The position numbers and the translations under genes were made by a program. The notes beneath the pieces were generated by a model. It saw only the letters and a program-made list of their open reading frames with translations. It was not told the origin of the DNA and ran no database searches. Below, piece by piece: positions 39,101-51,100 of a stretch of DNA of 64,000 bases (position 1 is the first letter of the stretch; each line of letters begins with the position of its first letter). The stretch lies in NCBI GenBank assembly GCA_002633005.1, contig NMRA01000325.1, forward strand, positions 165,290 to 229,289. The letters run 5' to 3'. Origin of the DNA: Phoronis australis (lineage: Eukaryota; Animalia; Phoronida).

Positions 39101-42100
39101 TTCACTGAAGGGGTTACTGGTGTCGGCTTAACACCAAAAAATCATAAACTTTAGTGTAAAACCCTTGAAAATACACCAAGTTCTTATAAAAACGTGTTGT
39201 TTTATTTCGCTGTTGGGGATTTGTTGGTATTTGGACACAACGTAGCCTACAAAGTTCAGCAGGTTAATTTACCAAGGTGGCGTAGCAGGAGTTTGGGGTC
39301 TGTTCGGAGATAAATTTGAAGTATTCTTCCGTGAAATACAGACTGGAGAACTTAGATCTGTGTTGTTTGAGTTCTAAACACACAAAACACTTGTTATCCC
39401 GGTCAGTGGCTCGGAACCCAATCAGGCCCATCGCGACCAGACTGACTCATTATCCTGGCCAGTGACTCGGAACCTGATCAGGCCCATTGCGGCTGGACTG
39501 ACTCGTTATCCCAGCCAGTGGCTCGCAACCCAATCAGGCCCATCGTAGCCGCCGGGACTGGCATGAACATAAACCAGTTTGAGTTGGAAACTAAATCTCC
39601 AGTCACAAAAAGACTATAATAGTGAGCCAAACAAATAATGTGCACATAATTGTATTTGTAAATTAGCCAAGAAACGGAAAATCTACTTACTTGTCGGGGC
39701 CGCGAAGTTGGGTTCCCCTTCCACAGACCGTCAGGGCAAAGGTTGTACAATAACAGTGATTTGAATAATGTAAATGTATTCCTAAATAAAGATTCCCCGA
39801 TCATGTGACTATAGCATATAAAATCGTGTAATTGTTTCACAACAGCTTTCTGTCAGCAAACCCTGAATCAGCATGCGCTCACACGGCCTCGGTGCGCAGT
39901 CAATTACCTTTAAAGCCAGTAACGCAGTGGTTTATCATTCCAACATTGCTGTCTTCTCAACATTTGCACTCACGAATACTGCAAAGGCATTACAAATTGT
40001 ATCTAATGAGACTGACTTTGTTTCAGTTTTATATAAGACGCAGAATAATAAACGTCTACCAGGCAACTCGCCCGGCACCAATCGCGACTTAATCAAGAGC
40101 TCAGCCGACGAAGACTTAATGGGTCGGATCATTAAGTTTCACAGCCTATCAGTTTAAACCGGAATACACTGATCAAGAAATACTAGAGAGGACTCGTGAA
40201 TATGTTCAAGCAACGGAAAGTATGGTAAGGCGGAATTTGTCAGAGAAATCACCGTCAACGAAATGCCAGCCACAGACACGGAGATGTTTCACAGCCTCAT
40301 ACATGCTATTAACAGCGTACCTTTCATTTTTCACTACCGCGAGCCACTTCCTAAGCATTTCGGGCTATCAATGAAGTGGAAAAAATTATATACCCGCTTT
40401 CTTCGCAGCTTCATAGTTCGGACAAGGGGGAAAGATGCACTGTTATGTAGCTGCATTCACTCTGCAGATGAACCACTGCGTTGTTTCTCACCTTCCTCAC
40501 TGGTTAACGCGACACCTCTCGGCAAGGTGAGGTCGGCCGTATAAGAGGCGATGTGGATATAGAACGATTAACATGGTAAAAATGAATAATTAAATCGGTT
40601 GACATTCTCCTTTATATCAAGCAATTATGTTGCAAACGGCATGCGTAACTTTATATATAGAAATACCATTTTCAAACTATGTTCACCAAAATACTTCGAA
40701 TGGAGAGAAATTAGTCTAATTTTTTTGTGCGACGCTCTGACCTGCTTACTGACACATCATCGTTTACCAACACAACAGGTTTGTTTGTCAAGTTTAATCA
40801 AATGTGATTCTAGATCAGATCATAATCTTGGAAATTTCTTGGTTTTAACAGTCCAGGGTAATGATATGTAACATTTAATTCCTTCCAACTCAAACAAATA
40901 CTCTGGTAATCAAACTTTTTCGAGCAGTGCTTCGTTCAGTTTCCCAAACCAACAACTTGCCATTTTTACGATGCTCGTGCCAAGGGATATGATGTCCACT
41001 TGTATCATTCATCAACACCAATATTACATATTGCACTCTACATCTTATTTCCCAATGATAACTGCGATCCTCACTAAATGGGATTGCAGTATAGCCTCGT
41101 AACAACATTTGGACTTTTGTAAGGACTGCCTTTTTATTTGGGTACGAGGTTATAGACTGTTTGTCAGTGCATGATAACCAGCGCATGTTCTGACAATAAC
41201 CTTTACAGTCCAGACTTTGGTTGTTTGGTATCAGAACATGGACTATTGCTTTGTCGTGCAAGGGTTTTTGTGATAAGACCTTCAAGAACTTTGTACTATG
41301 GTCTGCATAGTATTTACCTCGGGACCCCATGGTTACCTAAAGTGCTATCTGGCTAAATCAGAAAGAAATTTATGGTTGATATTCATAAATATTAATTGAA
41401 ATCATTAATCTCTTGTATTTCAAGAGATTGACATTGATACAAAGTTTTTCTTAACAATTCCACATTTTGAAACAATTAAGGTTTTCATTGTTTTTTGATC
41501 AGGTTGCTTGTTCAAATGAGCTATGGATTTCATCTGTGTTTTTAAATTTATGTCTAAAAAGTTGAACTTACACAACTTTTTAAATCATTTCAGAAATGTA
41601 TCCAAGCAAAACTACTGTTTCTCCGACTTTCCATTTCCGGATGACGTACCAGATTACCCACATAACATTGACATGGCAAACTATGTCAGGAGTTATGTGA
41701 AACATTTTGAAATTGACAAAGTTATTCAATTTCACACTATTGTAACTTCTATAGAGAGAGAAGGTAAGTAATGGTGTGCAGATGCGTGTGGTAATTTTAC
41801 CAGTTAATCTGTAATCTTTATTTAAACCATTTTGATTGACTGTTCATTTAAGGTCACATATGACCTTATCAGCCTGTGTACATTGTATGATAGTAGTCAA
41901 ATAAAGCATGTAAAATTTGATGTTTGTCTTCATGCCAATCTGCCATTACCGGTAATTTGATCACATGGCCCTCTTTTAGTAAAATTCACCAAAAAGAAAT
42001 TTAAGGCATATTCAAAGCAAAATAGAAGTATTTGAACATTACCAAACTTCACTTTGTTTATGGTGAAAGTCCAGTAATCGTGAGATAAAATGTTCTGCAT

Positions 42101-45100
42101 CTATTTAATTCACCTAAAATTTAAATGGCAAAGAACAATACATACCGGAACTGTTGCTGTGTATCTGCAATGGTTTTTTTTTTTGGCATTATTTGTCGAA
42201 AGGAGTGTATCCTCATATTGTATTACCTCATATTGTATTACCTCATATTGTTTCATGTTGTGTTAGCATCTTATATCCAGTCCTAAGGCTTGTCGTGCTT
42301 GAATTGTAACTTGAGGATAGTAGAGGCTCTAGATGAAACACGTTGCAATTGAAAATCATAATTTTTGTTCGAATTTGAAATAAAATTAAAGTAACTTTAA
42401 AAATATGGCTATTATTTAATTAATGTAAACAACGATGGATTTAAACTGGCTGGACCTGTTTTGGCGTTTATTAAAATACCATCCTCAGAAGCAAAAACAG
42501 TGGCCACCTTGCCAGGCCCAACAACAAGTAATGATACACAGACACAGTCAGTTAACAGTAGACTAACAATGACAAACTGTGGTGAGCCATTTTCTTTGTG
42601 AGACCAGGTTACACCAATTGTTGTAGAGCCTCACAAATTTTCAAGTCCCTTGTTTCTGCTTGGTCTATTTATAGCAAACTAATTGAAAGAGCATTGCCCA
42701 TGACATTGATTGGGTCTCTGCAGATGAATATTGAAATGTGTACTTATGTCAGAATTTAGATGTTCCCTGGTCCAAGTTTTCAAATGGCAAACAGTTTCGC
42801 CAACAGAACTTGGTCCACATGCAGCACAGATAAATTTGTACACTACCTTGGACAGTAGACCCATAGGAATTTTGTCCTTAGGATTAAATAAATTGGACAG
42901 TTTTTGAGACTTGAATGTTAGTACAACTTTTAAGTAAACACAGTGATAATTCCCCAATTTGTTGTCATCAGTTTTTGTTGAGCAATCTTGGCATAAAAAC
43001 AACATAGGGTAGTCTTAAAATACTTGCAGTTCGTATTGTCTACATGACACATGATTATTATTTAAGAAAAAACAAATAGCGTTCAATGGTTCCTTATTCA
43101 GTTCAAACTTACTGATGGTTTGTGTCTAATACGATCATCATTAGGCTTATCACATGTTTTGTATCTGTTGAAAAATCATGTTTGCCGAGCGAATCTATCT
43201 TTGGTACCATTAAATGTAACCATCTGTTTGCTGCTTACAGGTGATGTGTGGAAAGTCGTTACAAAGTCTTCCAAAGAAAACAGCTCTGGACATGAATGCA
43301 AAATCATAAGGTGCAAATTTGTCGCCATAGCTTCAGGTCATCATGCAAAACCGTCCATGGCAAAGTTTGAGGGTCAAGATGATTTTAAAGGTTTGTTTAC
43401 AATTCAGGGACCATCGCGTTGCTTTACATCAACCAAATGCAACCTGGAGAAATTTCAAGGTCACCAAACCATGTTGGCTATAGCTGAAATTGAACTAAAC
43501 ATGTTACCTGAAGTGAAAGCCATCAAACACGGCAAATGTCTGCCAGTGCACCCGAGATCACCTGTTTGACATTTATTTTTGCTTGAATATGAAATTAAGA
43601 GCTTTCCACGTGCTCAAGTTTTACCAGTTTCCCCCGTTTTGGGCCTCCCATACGCCCACCTCCTGGAGCAGACAAAAGCAATCGGGAACTTCCGACTTTC
43701 TTGCCAAACTGTTCCGGCTTCTGTATTTTAACTTCCTGTAGTATTTTGAATCCGTACTCAGATGTGGCATTGTGACTTCATGGGATTTTTACCAGGTTGC
43801 CAAACAAAATCTTGGGTCGCACTTTTGACAAAATAGACAGATATATCAATGAGGTACTACATTAAGTGTAATACAATTTGGTGTTGCCGCATTATAGAGG
43901 AAATTGTGGTGTTGCTGCATTGTAGAGGGTGTTGTGGTTTTGCTGCATTATTATGCGCCCACATATTTATATGTGGATGCATTATGCCGTCATCTCCGTC
44001 CGTCTGTCCGGGCGGCGTGCGTCCGGCGTCCGCTGCTCTATCTCCAAAACCCTTTGACATACATTCATGAAATTTGGCATATATGTTCCATTCATAAATG
44101 GGACGGCATGAGCAAACTTTCGGACGGATCCGACTACCGGTGTGCCCCCTAGTGGCAATTTTAGTTTTTTACGCTTACCTTTGTATCTTCAAAAGTCCTG
44201 AATGGATTTTTATGAAATTTGGTATATAGGCACCTATTAGTGAGATGACGCTATCCTCCCATTTTCCGATGGATTCGACGTAGTTTGCTTCACCTAGTGG
44301 CCATTTTTACTGTTTTTGCGTCCACCCCTCTATCAACCAAACCGCTCAAAGGATGATTGTGAAAATTGGAATGTATGTGCTTACTATGAAGTGAATGGTT
44401 GACGATGATTTTCCGACAGTTTCAATAACTGTGGCGCCTCCTAGTGGCAGTTTTGTTTTTTTGCACCTATGGATGTATCTCCTAAACCGTTCTCAGGATC
44501 TTTATTTAAATTAGCAAGTGTATTTATGTGATGTTGACTACAGATGACGACGACTTTCAGACAGATCTGACTACTGCTGTGCCCCCTAGTGTCAATTTTA
44601 GTTTTTTACTCAGTATCTTCAAAGGTCGTCAACAGATTTTCATAAAATTTTAAATATAGGCATCTATTGGTGTGATGATGCTATCTGCCTGTTTTTGGAT
44701 GGAATTGAGGTATTTTGAATCACCTGGTGGCCACTTTTGCTTTTTTTCAAATGTTATTTTTGGTGTCCATCCCTGTATCAACTAAATCATTTGAAAATTG
44801 GCATATATGTTCTCAGTGTGAAGACGACCTTTGATAATGGTGTCTGATTACCGTGGCGCATCCTAGTGGTAGTTTTGTTTTGCGTCCATAGTTGTATCTC
44901 TTAAACCCACTGCAGGATCTTTACTAAATTTAATAAGTGTATTTATATGAAGATAACAACAGGCGACGACCACTTTCAGGCAGATCCAACGGACTCTGTG
45001 CCCACTAGTGGCAATTTCATTTTATTTTGTTTTCCTTTGTTTCTCTGAAGTTCCGTGATAGATTTTTATGAAATATGGCATGTTCCTGTTTTTGGATGGA

Positions 45101-48100
45101 TTGTATGTTTTTGTGCCATCTAGTTCCCATTTTTATTATACAAATAAACAACCCTAAAAGCACACCATTTGCAATGCATTCGTGGGCGCATTTCAACGCT
45201 CCGCGTTGCTCTTGTAGAGGGAGTTGTGTTGCCTTCGAAAGGTCTGCTGTCTTAAAAAATGCTTTAGTATATGCTTTCAACATCATATGCAAAATTTATC
45301 AGCTGACAACACTTTTATTTTGAATTACCTAAGAAAAAGTGTCGGTAGTGTTTTCAGAAACTCAAAATATTTTCACAACCTGCTCACATTAAAGATGTTG
45401 AAAGTCTGCCACTTTGTAAAAGTATTTTTAATTGTATTCTTTGGTGTTTCTCGAAATTTGCAATTTTTTCCAAAGATTTCTCTACAAACAAAAATCGATT
45501 AGAGTGCACTGGGAAATCTCTTGAAAACTTATAAGATTTAAATTGATCAAAGTTACATCCTTGACTTATTTGTACTTGTTTGTCTCATGAAAACCTATCA
45601 GGCTAATTTTGCCACTGAAAAACACACGAGGCAAATTTCATGTTCCTTAGCATACATTAGAAATAGATATTTATCTACCTTGTCACCTCAGACTTTGGTT
45701 CTATCTAGTATTCATTTATCAATTGTTAGTCTTGAGATAACCTTTTATCGGGGTTACTGTTTCGTTGTAGGCATGATAGCACAGTGACCTACATCTATAC
45801 ACCTTATCTTTAATCCATTTATCTGACGTACAAAAGTCATTTTAGTCACATTTTCTAAGCATATGTAATCACTCATGAGACGAGTGCTCTTGTATCATTT
45901 TGTGAAATGTTAAAAAGCTTACTGCATTTTGTCTGCTGTCTTTGTTGAAACTTTCTTTCACATCTGCGCATGTGCAAATGTCAGTAGGAACAGAAAATTA
46001 TGGAACTGTCAACATATAGAGTGATTCCTGTGGTAATAGCCTTAAACCTAAAATAACTGTTACAGCACATCAGTAGGCAGACATTGCACTAACAATGAAA
46101 TGGCGTCTTTTAAAAATATCCTTGTCGGAAGGCTATGAAGTTCACACATGCACAGATGAGACACTTCGGAAACTGCGAAAGTGCTCGAGACATTTCATAT
46201 GCTCAAATCCATAGATGAATATTTGGAATAGTGCAGATTGACAGCTGTTAGGGTCAACAATTCACATGTGTTACTAATGCAAAATCTAAAGTTAAAGGTT
46301 TTTTGGAGGACAAACTCAGTTGTTTCCTCACAATGACCTCTCATGCTGAAGTCGCATTTGTTCCATCTTATTTATGAAATGGTGTCAGGTGTAGTACATT
46401 CATTGCCTTTTGTCACAGAGGAATATCATACAACTTTGTGGAGCAAGCTCTGCTAAGGCGAGACTGTGCCACCTTCCCTGTTTTACCATCGCAAGTATCC
46501 CCACAGTTTGCATGTGCCACTCCAGATGTTACCATTTTGTAAAAAAAGTAATCATTGTTTTGTTAAGTGAGGTTGTTTTCTGCCATTTCATATGGTTTTC
46601 GGCATTTTTTGGTGTAAACTGGTAAGTTGCAAAGGGAGAGTGCTAGTATGTGATTAATTCTAATTGTTTTGTACAGGGGAGATTATTCATAGTGTTTCGT
46701 ACAAAGATGCTGTAACAAATGACATGGTTGGAAAGAAGGTAGTTGTTGTTGGCATTGGAAACAGTGCCATTGATGCAGCAATAAACTTGGCAACAGAGGG
46801 CAGGTACAGTATTCACTCTTCTAAATTTTGTTCTATTCATGATTAACAGTTTGACTGCTTTTAAGTACAACACTTAGGTCTACTTTAAAAATGTCAATTG
46901 TCATACTAACAATAAATCTTGGCTAATTAAAAACGAATTACAATGATTGCCAGTCTATATATTTTGTTTTTTCAACTGTTCAAGATGCTTTTTCAATGTG
47001 CTTTACATAATGTTATGTTTGTTACTTGTCTTGTAAGTGTATCCAAAACAACTGTCATACCTTTCCATCTATTCTTCTCATCTGATTTGTCAGCAATAAC
47101 ACTCCATTGGTGTGAAAGTTTGACAAGGAATTCAAACATCAAGTTCCAGTGGGTTGTGTCCTGAACTTTGCAAACCTTTGTTTCTAAGCTGTTGCAAAAG
47201 CACTGTGCATTGATATATTTCATTAGCTATTTATTTATTTATTTATTTATTATTGTGATATATAAAATGAGGGTGGCCTCTTCAGTGATAGCTTAGCTTT
47301 CCATATCTTATGCTCAGGTGTTGTCCAGTTTACCTGAGTACAAGGTCAGGTGCCTGGGTTATCCCAAACTACATATTCGGTCATCCCACCGACCACTATG
47401 CATGTCGAGTGTTCCTCAGTCTGCCTTGGAAGGTAGCCACTGCTGTCCTTGAGGGAGTGATTACTCTCATCAGTGGAAGCCCATTCAGGTTTGTTTGGTT
47501 TTGGTATATACCTTACTTTTAATAATCTCTATCTTTATTTATTGATATGTTATAGTGTTGACATTCATCAAAGTATTATCAAATATATGGTAATTATACA
47601 CCTATTTAGCAGTTTCATCTTATTGTTACAAATATGAGATGAAATGGTGACCTGGATGAGTGTGGTGTCGCTCGCAGTCCATATTTCTTTTAGGCATCAT
47701 TTTCAAAAGCATACATCTGTCAGTAACTTTTTTTTCGGCAGACTCCTATCCCTATAGAGAGTACTATTTCATAAATGTTGATTTTCTTCTCCTAACTGTA
47801 AACAATTTTCAGCACATAGAAGAAAATTTTAAAGCAAAATGCTCACTATGTCAACCCTCTTCCTCTGGGAGGTGAAGGTCATTTGCCAGATGAAAACAAA
47901 CATTTTGGGGGTTTGCAAAAAAGTTTGTTTTACATACATTTTACATTTCAAAATATGAGATTGTCAACAGAAAAACTTTGTACAAATAATCCTGGACTTG
48001 TAGTGGGTTAATGTTCCACGAATGTCTATTGTTTTTAACTTGCAGAACAAACATGGCTCGAATACATCCATTGTTCATTTCTTCAGGTGGGGTCTGAATC

Positions 48101-51100
48101 CCAAGATGCATGCCTTACAGACTCAGCCCACTGTGAGTCCCACTGTCATTCACCATATACAGAGACATCAGATTAAGATTATGCCAAACATCAAGGCAAG
48201 TTAAAATTATTCATTTTATAATAGAATGCTTCAGCTATACAAAACGTTCTTTTAATGACTTATCAGTCACCTTGAAATGATGTGCACACTGCTCCGGGTG
48301 TATTGACTTATCTCGTGCACTGTGCGCAGGCCTTGCACGGGTATGCTTGAATGTGTCGATTACTGTATATGTATTGTGGGCGGGAGGTCTCATTATTATA
48401 AATGAAAAGTTGATGATGTTGATTCGTGCTATAAGTTGCGAGGATGCCAGATTTTGTTGTGTATTTTAGTCGAAGTATTGGGTGAATCATGAAACTTGAG
48501 ATAGGAAGGTTGCGTCTAGAATTTTTGTCTTCTATTTGAAAGATACTAGGAATCTACTTACATTGTGTGGATGCCTGGCTCAAAACGTAGTATTTTAATT
48601 AATTTGCAAATTTAACATTTAGCCACGCTATACAGTCAATACTTGTGAAACTGAATTTTCTTTTTAGAAATTCGATGGCAACAAGGTTGTATTTACTGAT
48701 GGACAAAGTGTGGAAGCAAATCATGTGATCATGTGCACAGGATATCACATAGACCTGCCTTTCTTGTCACCAGAAATAAAAGAACAGGTTTTAGTGGAAG
48801 GGAGCAATAGCATTCGCGTAAGTTGTCTCTACTGTTTTTGTTGTAGATTTTGATAGGTCCAATTGTCATGAATACGAGAGGGGATTCTGCCATCTCCGAT
48901 TCTCAAGATCGTTCATAGTTGTCATTAAGATTGGAGGTTGTCGCCAGGGTGACCCTATATCACCATAAATTTTTTGTTTTGTGCATTGAAATTTTGGCTC
49001 AACCAATCAGAAACAACAAAAATGTGGAAGGTGTTAAAATAGGGCAGGAAGTTTTTAAGATTTTACAGTATACAGATGACACAACATTATTTTTTAATGG
49101 TTTCGAAAGCTCTTTGAAAGGTGCTGTGATAACTTTGCAATGGTTTTACGAACTGTCCACTTTGTGGATAGGATCAATGAGAGAATCTGATAGACTGTTT
49201 TGTAAAGAAAACTAAAAACTGAATTTAAGGCCCTAGGAATTCAATTTAATAATAATCTTTATAATATCTCATGAATTAATCTTAAACCAAAAATTTTAGA
49301 AATTAAAAATTTGTTCAAAACTTGAAGTTGTAGAGCCTTGACACCGTTAGGGAAAATTGCAGTAATTAAAACATTAGCTCTACCAAAAATTACGTGTATG
49401 TTACTCTCACTCCCAAATTCAGATGATAATATTCTAAATGAAATAGAAAAACACTTCTTCAATTTGGAACAATAAAAAACCTAGAGTTATTAAAACAAAA
49501 CTTATACGTGGTATTGAACAAGGAGGCTTAAATATCTTATGTGCATAGCCTAAAATTGTCTCCTGAAAACAGATAATTCTTAGAACATCTTTCCTGTCAC
49601 GTACAAACTGTAAGAGGGTTTAAACTTTGGAAGCAATTTCAACGTTTTTACTGGTAATAGATTTTTGGCTTGATGTTTCCTTGTCATGGAAGAAATTTGT
49701 GACATGCTTTGTTCCATTAATAGTTTATTGCATATTGAATGAGCTCCTATGGTTCAATGCAAACATAAAGCTTGACTTTATTCAACAGTGGTATAAGAAA
49801 GGTTTAAGAACAGTTACAGATTTACTAAATGATGATGGAACAATTCTGACTTTACAATCACGAAAAAGAAAATTTGGTATAAGGAAAGGATACATTTTTG
49901 GACCATTACAGGCTTGTGAAGTCAGTTCTGCAATTCTGGTTAGATACCCTTTACCAGTCAGAATATGGCTGTACTTCGGGAGCAAGTTTTCGGATATACA
50001 GGATTGATTGAATACGCGACACTTTTCATTGTTGACAGTCGTTTTTCCGTTTCGTCCATATGTTCGGAATAAAACTCTACTCTCAACGGAACATAGATGA
50101 AGTAACTCACCTAGCGCCATAATTAAAAGGTACACGATATTTCGAAACATACTTGTTTCATTCTCAAGTGGATGTTTCGAAATATCGTGTACCTTTTAAT
50201 TATGTCGCTAGGTCAGTTTCTTCGTCTATGTTCTGTTGAGAGTAGAGAACGAAATGGAATAAAGACTGTCAACAATGAAAAGTGTCGTGTGTTCAATCAG
50301 TCTGTTCCCAACTGTTTCTCGACTCCACTGTTGCATATCGTCAGTGCTCTAACAGGTTACTAAAACTTTTGGAAGACGTCAGAAATTTGGAAGCCCCAAA
50401 TGGGCATGTGGACAGTGCCCTACAGAAGTAGACGAGATTTAAACCTTACTTCTGTTGATGATTTTGATTGGTCCAAAATTTATCGATTACCATATGTTTT
50501 AACGTTAGATTCACAATAATTTAAGGTATTTCCAGTTCAAAATTGTACGCTGTACACTTACAACAAATGTCTTTTTAAGGTTAATTGAAGTTCAAGAGAA
50601 TGACTGATGCACATTTTGCTCTGAGACTATATTACATTTATTTGTGGAATGCAGATATGTAAGAGAGTTGTGGAGGAAAGTTTGTGATGATTTCCTTAGG
50701 ATCAATTTTTTAATTAGCCTTGACCTTCTGTTTGGAAATACTGAATGTAACAACAGTAATCTTGTAGTTTTGATAATAAAAATATCATTCATCAATGTAG
50801 AATGCAGAACAAAATTCTGTTAACAACTGATGCACTAAAATTTTGAAAAACTATAGAAATATAAAATTTACTATTAGTAAAATCAATGGTACATTACAAA
50901 ATCACAACGAAAAATGGAACTTAGTGCAACTATAACAGTGGTAAATGTTTATGTAATGTTTATGTATAAAATACAGTTACAATACATACTATGCATTGTA
51001 ATTGTTAGTTTGTTACAATAAATGTTTATTAAAGTAAAAAGATTGTATACCACCGCATAAATTTGTAGTCAAATTCATACCTATTAATGATTAAGCCTAC

